Source: a virus
Lineage: Duplodnaviria > Caudoviricetes
Strand: one strand, 5' to 3'
DNA length: 39,403 nt
Virus record (IMG/VR): IMGVR_UViG_3300037634_002601
Span: 1 to 39,403 of that record
In this document: positions 29,518-38,278 of the stretch, one piece after another
How the letters are laid out: each line of letters begins with the position of its first letter
Numbering within the stretch: position 1 is the first letter of the stretch
Notes under the pieces: model-generated
What the model saw: only the letters and a program-made list of their open reading frames with translations
Told to the model about the DNA's origin: nothing
Database searches by the model: none
Translations under genes and position numbers: made by a program

Positions 29518-29664
29518 TTCATCATCATCTTCACTTACTTCACCATCATCTTCACTTATCTCATCATCATCTTCAGTTAATTGATATTCATCATTGTTGG
29601 CACTACCAACAACATAGTTATACCCTAAATCCTCCCTCAATAACTTTAGTATGAAATCTTTCAT
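29509..29664 (-). CDS. Small acidic protein (51 aa) not in ORF track
   Basis: Translated by hand: MKDFILKLLREDLGYNYVVGSANNDEYQLTEDDDEISEDDGEVSEDDDESI*; fills the primase-nuclease gap; late-promoter motif 11 nt upstream. Confidence 0.75.
   Translation of the reverse strand: MKDFILKLLREDLGYNYVVGSANNDEYQLTEDDDEISEDDGEVSEDDDESI
29512..29574 (-). repeat. 21-bp coding tandem repeat x3 (EDDDEIS / EDDGEVS / EDDDESI)
   Basis: GAAGATGATGATGAGATAAGT, GAAGATGATGGTGAAGTAAGT, GAAGATGATGATGAATCAATA on minus strand. Confidence 0.85.
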
Positions 29665-29675
29665 AATTTTTTATT

Positions 29676-29685
29676 TATAAATATC
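29676..29685 (-). promoter_or_regulatory. Putative phage late promoter GATATTTATA for the acidic microprotein
   Basis: + strand TATAAATATC; reverse complement matches the motif and points at ATG29664. Confidence 0.6.
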
Positions 29686-29706
29686 TAAAATTTCATTAAA
29701 AAAGTG

Positions 29707-29714
29707 TATATTTG
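29707..29714 (+). promoter_or_regulatory. Bacteroidota-type -7 element
   Basis: TATATTTG 18 nt upstream of ATG29733. Confidence 0.55.
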
Positions 29715-29732
29715 TTAGAATAATATTAATTT

Positions 29733-30677
29733 ATGGATAAGAAAACTATATTATCAGATATTGGTAATGAAATTAGGGGTATAATAGATAAAAAACAAAA
29801 AGAACTAAATCTATCTTTTGTTGAAGATACACACACATATTATATTAAAAATAAAGATGGGGTATTAACATCACACTTTCCAAGTGTATCAACGGTAATA
29901 AAGCAATTCTATAGTGAATTCCCAGAATTAAATAAATCCTATCAAATGGTTCAAGGAAATCTACTTGACCAAGATAGACTCTTAAAAGAGTGGAGAGCAA
30001 CAGCAGATTACGCAAATAATAAGGGGTCAAGGGTTCACTATTTACTTGAAATGGATTTATTAAAACAATATGGTTCATATAAAGAAGTTAGGAAGCCAAT
30101 ATTTAATTGTGATGAAGAACAAGTTAATGATGGGAATAAAATGATTGATGCTGGTCATGATTTTATAAGACTTATGCATAGAAGGGGTGCGGTCTTATTA
30201 GATACCGAAATGGTATTAGGTAGTTCCGAATTAGAATATACTGGTCAACCAGATAAGGTTTGGCTTATGCACGATAAGAACGATAAAATAGGGTTCGTAG
30301 TGTCAGACTGGAAATCGAACAAACCAAAAAACTTTAAGGTACATCACTATACTGAAGAAATGCTACCACCCTTCCAAGAATATATGGATACAGCATTAAC
30401 ACACTACATGATTCAATTACCATTATATGGTAGATTAATACTAGATATGTTAAAGGGTTCAAAATATGAAGATATTGGATTCTTTGGTTGTATTATTGTA
30501 CACTTAAGTAAGGAAGGTAAGTTCACTGAGTATAGGGTACCAAGAAAATTTATGGATATTGTTTTAACAATGCCCCCATTACCTAGAATAACTGAAGTTA
30601 TGGAGTATAAAGAACTTCAAAAAAAACGAGAAGAAAAAAGAAAATTATTATTAAACGAAATGTTAGATAGGAAATGA
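29733..30677 (+). CDS. PD-(D/E)XK family exonuclease
   Basis: FVEDTHTY, PSVSTVI, KGSRVH, TE, GQPDK, SDWKS, YMIQLPLY motifs. Confidence 0.85.
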   Translation: MDKKTILSDIGNEIRGIIDKKQKELNLSFVEDTHTYYIKNKDGVLTSHFPSVSTVIKQFYSEFPELNKSYQMVQGNLLDQDRLLKEWRATADYANNKGSRVHYLLEMDLLKQYGSYKEVRKPIFNCDEEQVNDGNKMIDAGHDFIRLMHRRGAVLLDTEMVLGSSELEYTGQPDKVWLMHDKNDKIGFVVSDWKSNKPKNFKVHHYTEEMLPPFQEYMDTALTHYMIQLPLYGRLILDMLKGSKYEDIGFFGCIIVHLSKEGKFTEYRVPRKFMDIVLTMPPLPRITEVMEYKELQKKREEKRKLLLNEMLDRK

Positions 30678-31492
30678 AAATAAAAAAGGTTATACACATG
30701 GCTGATATTCACCTAAGAACGTATAGGATGCACGAAGAGTATGGTGAAGTATTTAAGAAAACCCTAAAGAAAATCAGAACATTGGTTAAGGGTTATCATA
30801 GAGAAGAGATTAGAATAGTTATTGCTGGTGATTACGTACATCAAAAGATTACAATTTCTAATGAAATGCTTATGCTTGGTACTTGGTTCTTAAGGAAGTT
30901 AGAAAAGATTGCACCAGTAATCATTATTGCTGGTAATCACGATTTATTAGAGAATAATAAAGATAGGGTTGATTCAATTACCCCAATGGTACAATTGCTA
31001 CCAGGTTTAGATATAAGGTACTATAAGGACAGCAAATGTTTTTTAGATTCAAATATAGTTTGGTGTGTTTATTCAATTTTTGAGAATAATTCAAGACCAA
31101 ATATTGAAGAATCGATTGAAGAACATGGTGATGATAAGACTTATATTGGGTTATACCATGCACCATTAGCTGGTTCAACAACAGATACTGGGTTTAAGTT
31201 TGAAAACGCACAATCATTAAGTCATTTTAAGGGTTGTAAAATTGTCATGTGTGGGGATATACATAAACGCCAAGTTTTATATTATAATGATACCCCTATT
31301 GTTATGCCATCATCATTGGTACAACAAAATTTTGGGGAGAAGGTAACGAAACATGGTTTTTTATTATGGGATGTCGAATCAAGGACCTTTGAAGAGTGTG
31401 ATATTGACAGTGACTATGGGTTTTATCAATTTACGATAGGCTCTATTGATGATATAGAAAATGATGGTGAAATTTTAACAAATTATGAATGA
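30674..31492 (+). CDS. sbcD: SbcD/Mre11/T4 gp47-like nuclease (metallophosphoesterase)
   Basis: ADIH, AGD, GNHD, LYH, GDIH motifs; upstream of SbcC-like ATPase. Confidence 0.9.
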   Translation: MKIKKVIHMADIHLRTYRMHEEYGEVFKKTLKKIRTLVKGYHREEIRIVIAGDYVHQKITISNEMLMLGTWFLRKLEKIAPVIIIAGNHDLLENNKDRVDSITPMVQLLPGLDIRYYKDSKCFLDSNIVWCVYSIFENNSRPNIEESIEEHGDDKTYIGLYHAPLAGSTTDTGFKFENAQSLSHFKGCKIVMCGDIHKRQVLYYNDTPIVMPSSLVQQNFGEKVTKHGFLLWDVESRTFEECDIDSDYGFYQFTIGSIDDIENDGEILTNYE

Positions 31493-31958
31493 AATTCCGA
31501 AGCGACTTAAAGATGAAATATGGCAATATTGCCACCTTAATAACATTACAAATGTTGATGAGTTTATAATAACCTTACTACAACAAGGCTTCACAGCTAA
31601 AAAGTATGGGGCAACACCATGGAATAAAGAATCTGAAGTTAAGGAAGTGATAAAAGAAGTTATTAAGGAGGTTATTGTTGAGAAAGTTGTTGAGAAGGAA
31701 GTTTATGTTACGAATGATGAACAAATAAAATCATTAACTGACAAGATAAAGGATTTTGATGAAAAATTATTGGACATTAAATTAAAAAATGAGGGTGTTG
31801 TTAATTCAAAGAATGAAGAGATAACGAAATTAGAAGAAATGGTTTTTAAACTATCAAAGGAGTTTGAAAATACCAAAGAATCTGATGACATATATGGTGA
31901 AAATAAAAAAGGTTTTTTTGGTTCAAATTTAATGGATTTATGGAAAAAGAAAAAATGA
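31485..31958 (+). CDS. Hypothetical coiled-coil protein with EVIKEV/VEKVVE repeats
   Basis: 157 aa; overlaps both neighbours. Confidence 0.75.
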   Translation: MNEIPKRLKDEIWQYCHLNNITNVDEFIITLLQQGFTAKKYGATPWNKESEVKEVIKEVIKEVIVEKVVEKEVYVTNDEQIKSLTDKIKDFDEKLLDIKLKNEGVVNSKNEEITKLEEMVFKLSKEFENTKESDDIYGENKKGFFGSNLMDLWKKKK

Positions 31959-34318
31959 TAAAAGAAATTAATATGGTTGATATACCTACCAAGGCGAAAA
32001 TAAAAGTATATTGGTCAGATAAACCAGAAAATTATTCTAGAGAATCAAGGGATAGTATTAGAAAATACTTCTTTAAGAAATATGGTGTACAGTCTAAAAA
32101 TATTAATGTTATATATCGGCCAGTAAAGATTGGTAGTGATGGTGAAAATATAATTATAGATGGTGCAACAATAGATAATATACTTAATGTTGTATACCAA
32201 AGACAATTATTCAAAGAATGGTTTATTAGAGAGGACAAGGATGTTGATTTTGATAGATTAATGTCTTTAGATAAAAAAGTTAATTTAGAATTGGATATTG
32301 ATTTTGAGGCTAAACAAGATAAAAATTATAGACTTAAATCAATCACAATAAGTAATTTTTTATCGTATGGCGAAGACAATCATTTCCCAGTAGATAAATT
32401 TAGTGGGTTTACTGTTGTGAATTCAACCCCTGCCAACCAAGGGGGTAAAAGCATTTTAACCATAGACACAATTAAGTTTTTATTTTTTGGTAAAACAACA
32501 AAGACTGATAAAAACGAAGAAGTGTTTAATCAATTTTCAGCTTCAAATAAAGTTTATGTTAGAGGTGTGTTATCTGTGGGTTTAGGTGATGATATAACAA
32601 TAGAAAGATTGTTAACAAGGAGACCGAAAAGAAATGGTGGTTGGAATGTTACCAACAAGGTTAACTATTATAAAATTTTACCAAATGGCGATGAAGAACA
32701 GTTAAATGATGAGGATGCAAAAAAAACAACCCAACTAATCAAAGAAATTGTTGGCACTGAAAAAGATTTTGATTTAATGGTGTTAGCCACATCAAGAAAT
32801 CTAGATGATTTAATTGACTCCACTGGGGGGGAAAGTGGTAAGTTATTAACAAAATTTATAGGTTTAGAAATAATAGCCACAAAAGAAAGAATAGCTAGAG
32901 ATATGTATAATAAGTTTTCAAAATCAATGAAATCTAATATTTATAATATCAAAACATTATCAGAAGAAATTGAAACTAACATTAATAATATTGAATCGTT
33001 ATCTAAAACACAAGCAGACTTAACCAATGAGTTAAGTGTTGAAAAAAACCTCAGAAAGTGCCTCACGAATGATAAGTATATTCTATTGTCAGATAAGGAT
33101 AAAATTGATTCTGAGATTACCACACTTAACCCTTCTAAATTAGAGAAAGAAATTGATATTATCATTAGTGAGGGTAATAAACTCAAGGAAAATATAAGAA
33201 CAATAAATAAAGAGATTGGGGTAATTGGTGATGTTAATTTTGATGAAGACAAGGATTTTGAATTAACCAAACTAAAAAACATATACATAGGTGATACCAA
33301 TCTTAATGAGTCTGAAATAACCAGAGTAGAGGGGGTGATTTCAAATCTAATAAGTAGTGGTATATGTGAAGCTTGTAATAGGCCGTTAGATGATGTTGAT
33401 AACACTAAACATATATCTGAACATAAAAAGACAATAAGTGCCTATAAGGCCCAAATAAATGAGAATAACAAACTATTATTAGATGTTAATAAACAATTAG
33501 ATATGTTATCGGAGGCTAAAATTAAAATTAATAGTAAAAACAAGTTAGAATTAGATAGAGATAGGTTAGAGGTTGAGGTATCTAGTTTAAGGTATGAATA
33601 TAAATTGAAGAATTCTGATTTAAAAAAATATAAACTTAATTTAAAATCCATTGAAAAAAATAAGGAAATTGATTGTGACATAAGTGCTATAGATACTAAG
33701 ATAATAATTTGTGAAAAGAATGAAGAAGAATTGAACAATAAGCTTAGGGATATTGTTATTAGTATGGAATTAAACGAAAAAGATATTGAAACTAAAAACA
33801 AATTAATTAGTATAATAAACAAGGAAAAGGAGATAGAGAAAATATTTAAAGTTTATATTGAGATGGTTGGTAAGAAAGGGATAAGTAAACTTTTATTGAG
33901 GTCTGTATTACCAATAATAAATGGTGAATTACAGAGACTGCTTGAGGATACAACAAATTTTGATGTTGAAGTTTATATCGATGATAAAAACGAGGTTAAA
34001 TATTTGTTAGTTAAAGATGGGGTAGAAAAACCACTTAAATCTGGTAGTGGTTTTGAATTGACAGCATCCAGCATAGCACTAAGAAGTGTATTAGGTAGGT
34101 TATCTTCGTTACCAAAACCAAATTTTATTACATTTGATGAGGTCCTCGGTAGGGTGGCACCAGAAAATATATCAAAAATGAAACCATTATTTGATAAGGT
34201 TTCAGAAATGTTTGATATTGTATTTTTTATAACACAAATTAATGAGGTTAAGGATTGGTCTGAGAATATAATAACAATCAATAAAGAAAATAATATTTCT
34301 AAAATAAAAATAAAATAA
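31955..34318 (+). CDS. sbcC: SbcC/Rad50/T4 gp46-like ATPase with ~124-aa N-terminal extension
   Basis: ISNFLSYG, Walker A NQGGKS, long coiled coil with CEAC zinc hook, signature SGSGFE, Walker B ITFDE; start at ATGA overlap 31955 preferred (track: 31940). Confidence 0.9.
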   Translation: MIKEINMVDIPTKAKIKVYWSDKPENYSRESRDSIRKYFFKKYGVQSKNINVIYRPVKIGSDGENIIIDGATIDNILNVVYQRQLFKEWFIREDKDVDFDRLMSLDKKVNLELDIDFEAKQDKNYRLKSITISNFLSYGEDNHFPVDKFSGFTVVNSTPANQGGKSILTIDTIKFLFFGKTTKTDKNEEVFNQFSASNKVYVRGVLSVGLGDDITIERLLTRRPKRNGGWNVTNKVNYYKILPNGDEEQLNDEDAKKTTQLIKEIVGTEKDFDLMVLATSRNLDDLIDSTGGESGKLLTKFIGLEIIATKERIARDMYNKFSKSMKSNIYNIKTLSEEIETNINNIESLSKTQADLTNELSVEKNLRKCLTNDKYILLSDKDKIDSEITTLNPSKLEKEIDIIISEGNKLKENIRTINKEIGVIGDVNFDEDKDFELTKLKNIYIGDTNLNESEITRVEGVISNLISSGICEACNRPLDDVDNTKHISEHKKTISAYKAQINENNKLLLDVNKQLDMLSEAKIKINSKNKLELDRDRLEVEVSSLRYEYKLKNSDLKKYKLNLKSIEKNKEIDCDISAIDTKIIICEKNEEELNNKLRDIVISMELNEKDIETKNKLISIINKEKEIEKIFKVYIEMVGKKGISKLLLRSVLPIINGELQRLLEDTTNFDVEVYIDDKNEVKYLLVKDGVEKPLKSGSGFELTASSIALRSVLGRLSSLPKPNFITFDEVLGRVAPENISKMKPLFDKVSEMFDIVFFITQINEVKDWSENIITINKENNISKIKIK

Positions 34319-34348
34319 ATTTATTTTTATTATTTAAAAAATTTTTTG

Positions 34349-34356
34349 TATATTTG
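34349..34356 (+). promoter_or_regulatory. Bacteroidota-type -7 element
   Basis: TATATTTG 30 nt upstream of ATG34387; probably drives the 171-aa gene and sigma factor. Confidence 0.55.
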
Positions 34357-34386
34357 AATTATATTATTAAACAAAAAAAACTAAAA

Positions 34387-34902
34387 ATGGAGGTAATTTT
34401 TAAAAATTATTGTATGGTGGTCCTTGGGAACACTGATGGTTGTGAGTGTGAGATTAAAAATATATCAGAGACCAACCCTAATATTGTAAATATGAATGGG
34501 GTTGCGCTGTGTACTTTTACAACAATAGCAACCATTAATGAATTAAACGATTATTTTAAATCTTTTGGGAGGAATTTTTTTTTATTTGTTTTAGACCCTT
34601 CACTTTCTTGTTGTAACATCAATAACAGACATATGTACGCTATACTTTTTTCTGAATTTGAAAATTACGATGGGTTACAATTAGAAGAACTTGGCATTAG
34701 ACTTAATGAAGAATTGGGGAAAGATTTTAACGGTACTAAAATAAAAAAAGATTTTGATGACCCCGAAACATTAATTGATTCGTTTAGTGACTTATCCAAG
34801 TCAGACAAAGAGTTAATAATTAATGAGATATTAGATAAAGGTGTTAAAAATATGACCGATGATGATAAAATAATATTGGCGGTCTTTTCAGATGATAAAT
34901 AA
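34387..34902 (+). CDS. Hypothetical protein (171 aa) with C-terminal ILDKG...T..DK..L (DUF6576-like) helix motif
   Basis: ATG34387 after A-rich leader preferred to TTG34354, which overlaps the promoter element. Confidence 0.7.
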   Translation: MEVIFKNYCMVVLGNTDGCECEIKNISETNPNIVNMNGVALCTFTTIATINELNDYFKSFGRNFFLFVLDPSLSCCNINNRHMYAILFSEFENYDGLQLEELGIRLNEELGKDFNGTKIKKDFDDPETLIDSFSDLSKSDKELIINEILDKGVKNMTDDDKIILAVFSDDK

Positions 34903-34923
34903 TAACGTGACTAATGATTATGA

Positions 34924-35745
34924 ATGAGTAAAATTTTTGAACAAGGTTGGCCAAATGATGTTTTGGCATATTTTAAAGATATTGTTAAATATGAATTATT
35001 AACCCCAGAAAGGGAGATTGAGTTAGCAATAAAGGTTAAAAATGGGGATAATGATGCTTTTAATGAGTTAGTAACATCAAATTTAAGGTTTGTTGTGACG
35101 ATAGCTAAGGAATACCAAAACCAGGGGCTATCGCTTATGGATTTAATAAATGAAGGTAATTATGGGTTAACCAAGGCTGTTACAAGGTATGACCACACAA
35201 AGGGATTTCGTTTTATATCATATGGTGTGTGGTGGATTAAGCAATCCATAATTCAGAGCCTTAATGATACATCAAGAACTATAAGGGTGCCTACTAACGT
35301 TATCAAACAATTTTTTAACGACAAAAAAACGTTAGAAGAGTTTTGTAATTTAAATTATGATGGTCAATTAGATGTTGAAACAATTAATAAACATATTGAC
35401 TCACCAATATTAACTAAATGCATTTCATTAAACAAGATAATAAATGAACGGGGCGATGAATTAGAAAATTTATTGGAATATAAAGTAACTGATTACAATG
35501 ATTATTATGATATAGATTCCAATGTTAAAAGAGAGATGAATGTGTTATTGTCTAAATTATCTATTCGTGAGAGAGAAATAATTGAATTATATTTTGGTAT
35601 TGATAAGGAACAAAAAGGGGTTACGTTAGAAATAATTGGCAAAAAATACGGGTTAACAAAGGAAAGAATTAGACAAATCAAAGAAAGTGCGATTAGAAAA
35701 CTTAGGTATGATAATGAAGCGTTATTTAAGGTTTTAAACCATTAA
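34924..35745 (+). CDS. rpoD: Phage-encoded sigma70 factor, RpoD/SigA family
   Basis: Region 1.2 YFKDI..Y.LLT.E.EIELA, region 2 NLRFVVTIAKEYQNQGLSLMDLINEGNYGL..FISYGVWWIKQSI, region 4 TLEIIG..YGLTKERIRQIKESAIRKLR; short form lacking region 1.1 like Bacteroidota primary sigma. Confidence 0.93.
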   Translation: MSKIFEQGWPNDVLAYFKDIVKYELLTPEREIELAIKVKNGDNDAFNELVTSNLRFVVTIAKEYQNQGLSLMDLINEGNYGLTKAVTRYDHTKGFRFISYGVWWIKQSIIQSLNDTSRTIRVPTNVIKQFFNDKKTLEEFCNLNYDGQLDVETINKHIDSPILTKCISLNKIINERGDELENLLEYKVTDYNDYYDIDSNVKREMNVLLSKLSIREREIIELYFGIDKEQKGVTLEIIGKKYGLTKERIRQIKESAIRKLRYDNEALFKVLNH

Positions 35746-35749
35746 TGAT

Positions 35750-35758
35750 ATATTTATA
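35750..35758 (+). promoter_or_regulatory. Putative phage late promoter ATATTTATA heading the lysis-like operon
   Basis: 16 nt upstream of ATG35775. Confidence 0.6.
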
Positions 35759-35774
35759 AGTATAAATATTACTT

Positions 35775-36803
35775 ATGAAAAAAATATTATTATATTTGGT
35801 TTTACTTATTGCGCTTACAATGGCATCGGTTGTTGCTTATGTATCTGTTAATGGTTTATTAAAGGTTTTTTCTGGTGCTGGAATCGTTGGGTTAATCTTT
35901 TTTACAACCATAGAAGCCGCTAAAATAATTGCTACTTCGGCAATCCACACATACGGAAAAAAGATTGGTTGGGTTTACAATAGTTTCCTAACCATAACGG
36001 TATTAATTACTATGGTCATAACATCAATTGGTGTTTATGGCTTTTTATCTTCCACTTATAAGGATAGTTTTGCTAAATTTGAAAATGCGGAATTACAAAT
36101 AGTTTTGTTTGAGAAAAAGAGGTTGGGTTATCAAGAACAATTAGACTTATTAAATATTGAAAAACAATCTATAAGTGAAAATATAAACGAATTAAGCAAT
36201 GGCTTATCTAATAATGTTATACAATATAAAGATAAAGAAACTGGTCAAATAATTACAACAACTTCTTCATCAACCAGAAGAGCATTGGAAAGACAATTAA
36301 ATAATGCAATAGAAAGGCAGACAGTTATAAATGGGAAAACAGAAACACTAAGTAACACCATATTTGATATTGATAATAAAATACTCGAAACCAAACTAAC
36401 CAATGAAAGCGCATCCGAACTTGGTCCATTAAAATATTTATCTGATGTAACAGGTAAACCAATGGATGAGGTGATGAAGTGGTTAATATTCTTATTATTA
36501 ATAATTGGTGACCCCATGGCAGTATTAATGGTTATTATCTTTAATAAGATTGTTAAGGATGATGAAAAGATTCCAACACAATTACCTCTCCCAAAAAAAA
36601 ACCTTGAAAGTGAAATTAATCATGATGTTGATATAGAAGATTCACCCAAAGAAGCCGTAATTAAAAAAACAAATAAAGAACCTCTTGTTAAACCCTCAAT
36701 TATAAAAAAAAGAACCAATGACACAATCGATAGGATAGGTTCAAATAAAGAAATTAGAGATAGTGATTCCAACACTATTTATTTTAAAAGAAGAAAAAAA
36801 TGA
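35775..36803 (+). CDS. Multi-pass membrane protein (3 N-terminal TM, coiled coil, C-terminal TM); DUF4407-like architecture, possible lysis role
   Basis: Hydrophobic segments in first ~92 aa and at WLIFLLLIIGDPMAVLMVII; ELGPLKYLS motif. Confidence 0.7.
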   Translation: MKKILLYLVLLIALTMASVVAYVSVNGLLKVFSGAGIVGLIFFTTIEAAKIIATSAIHTYGKKIGWVYNSFLTITVLITMVITSIGVYGFLSSTYKDSFAKFENAELQIVLFEKKRLGYQEQLDLLNIEKQSISENINELSNGLSNNVIQYKDKETGQIITTTSSSTRRALERQLNNAIERQTVINGKTETLSNTIFDIDNKILETKLTNESASELGPLKYLSDVTGKPMDEVMKWLIFLLLIIGDPMAVLMVIIFNKIVKDDEKIPTQLPLPKKNLESEINHDVDIEDSPKEAVIKKTNKEPLVKPSIIKKRTNDTIDRIGSNKEIRDSDSNTIYFKRRKK

Positions 36804-37414
36804 TTGATGACAAATCATATATGTTGGATGATAGTAAATTTACAAAAAAGATTACACAAAAAACAAGAATTGTTATAGGTAACACATTTTCAACCAAAAT
36901 GAAACATTACATTGGGTGGAATAATAGATATAATGGCAAGCATGATAAATGTGCTATGTTCACCATACGATTAAATGGTGACATATACCAACACTTTTCT
37001 CCGATATATTTTTCAAATTTTATGTGTGATTTAAACATAAATGAAAACACCATAACAGTGGTTTTGGAAAACGAAGGTTGGCTAATGAGAGATTTAAATT
37101 ATAAAAATAAGTTTGTTAACTATGTTTATGATATTTATAATAGAGATGATTTAGTTTTTGAAAAAAAATGGAGGAATTATGAATACTGGGCACCATATAC
37201 TATTAAACAAGAAAAATCATTACAGGTATTAATTAATAAATTATGTAATGATTTTAATATTCCAAAGATAGTCATAGGACACAACACAAATCTTGATGAT
37301 GCAACTAAATTTAATGGTGTATTATATAGGAGTAATTTTGAAAAACATTATACTGATGTTAGTCCAGCATGGAATTTTGGTTTATTTAAAAAAATGGTTG
37401 AACAAAATAATTAA
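36800..37414 (+). CDS. N-acetylmuramoyl-L-alanine amidase (Amidase_2)-like protein with atypical first Zn site
   Basis: FTIRLNGDIYQ, ITVVLENEGW, YTIKQEKSL..LI..LC..FNIP, VIGH, TDVSP; usual IVIHHT reads IVIGNT. Confidence 0.7.
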   Translation: MIDDKSYMLDDSKFTKKITQKTRIVIGNTFSTKMKHYIGWNNRYNGKHDKCAMFTIRLNGDIYQHFSPIYFSNFMCDLNINENTITVVLENEGWLMRDLNYKNKFVNYVYDIYNRDDLVFEKKWRNYEYWAPYTIKQEKSLQVLINKLCNDFNIPKIVIGHNTNLDDATKFNGVLYRSNFEKHYTDVSPAWNFGLFKKMVEQNN

Positions 37415-37432
37415 ATATAAAATAATTTAGAA

Positions 37433-37903
37433 ATGATAAATGAACATGACATAACTAAGAAGATACTTGAAACCATTAGAAATAAGGAACATTTTGGTAA
37501 ATTTTTAATAAAGGAAGATACATTAACACATGCCCAAGCAGTTGGCGCACCTGGTGCTGAGGTACCAGATGAGGCTAAAGTAGGGCCAACTGAACAACCT
37601 AATAAAGTTGAAACAGATTACCCATCAGAATTTGAAAGTGATAAAAAATCATTTAAGGAAATTGTGACCCCTAGAGTTCAGTTTAAATCATTTAATATTT
37701 ATCCAGATACAAATGAGGTTGTGTTTTCTGGTGTGTTAGACAATGGCATTGAATGGGAATTTAAAAAATCAAATAAATGGCCATATATTAATGCACAAAA
37801 TATAGAATTTGATGAGATTAATAAAGACTTAATTAATAAAATAAGTGCGTATTTCCAAAATTGGTTAGACAAATGGTCTAAAGAAGATTTAAATCGATAC
37901 TAG
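37433..37903 (+). CDS. Hypothetical protein (156 aa)
   Basis: Co-oriented ORF with Ala/Pro/Glu linker; function unknown. Confidence 0.7.
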   Translation: MINEHDITKKILETIRNKEHFGKFLIKEDTLTHAQAVGAPGAEVPDEAKVGPTEQPNKVETDYPSEFESDKKSFKEIVTPRVQFKSFNIYPDTNEVVFSGVLDNGIEWEFKKSNKWPYINAQNIEFDEINKDLINKISAYFQNWLDKWSKEDLNRY

Positions 37904-37906
37904 ATA

Positions 37907-38278
37907 ATGAATAATTTAGATATTAAAAATATATTGTTAATTGTATTGGTTATTACTTGTGTTGGATTAACACTTGGTATAATATTTAAATCAAATGACA
38001 CTATCAATTATAATGAAGACGTTATTAGAGCACTTAAGGAAGAAAATGCGAGATTAGTTAGTAAAAATGATAGTATTAAGGTGAATAACAATAATTTATC
38101 ATACGAGATTGATTCTTTGGGACAAATAATAGATGATATGAATGAAGATTTAAATGATACAAAAGAAAAAATTAATAAATTAAAAATTAAGAAAGATGAA
38201 ATATCTAATCATGTTGACACTATTGGTAGTGATGAACTTACAAGGGCATTCACAGAATTTCTCAATAGAAAAGAATAA
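37907..38278 (+). CDS. i-spanin-like protein (N-terminal TM + coiled coil)
   Basis: ILLIVLVITCVGLTLGIIF followed by heptad coiled coil; downstream of amidase-like gene; overlapped by next gene. Confidence 0.55.
   Translation: MNNLDIKNILLIVLVITCVGLTLGIIFKSNDTINYNEDVIRALKEENARLVSKNDSIKVNNNNLSYEIDSLGQIIDDMNEDLNDTKEKINKLKIKKDEISNHVDTIGSDELTRAFTEFLNRKE

Noticed and set aside
29733-30677. Possible Cas4
   Set aside because: PD-(D/E)XK motifs present but no four-Cys Fe-S cluster pattern and no CRISPR context
31635-31703. EVIKEV/VEKVVE low-complexity repeat as a separate element
   Set aside because: Degenerate at DNA level; a common low-complexity coding stretch, noted under the CDS
1035-36517. Many short nested or antisense ORFs in the track (e.g. 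1035..1217, 7336..7635, 9802..10110, 20951..21298, 27269..27628, 32941..33405, 33442..33822, 36245..36517)
   Set aside because: Lie within longer genes with recognisable motifs and show antisense-type composition; no independent promoter or motif evidence
32937-37139. Intragenic ATATTTATA copies at 32937 and 37131
   Set aside because: Far from start codons and plausible by chance in AT-rich DNA; the 37131 copy might serve downstream genes but cannot be supported
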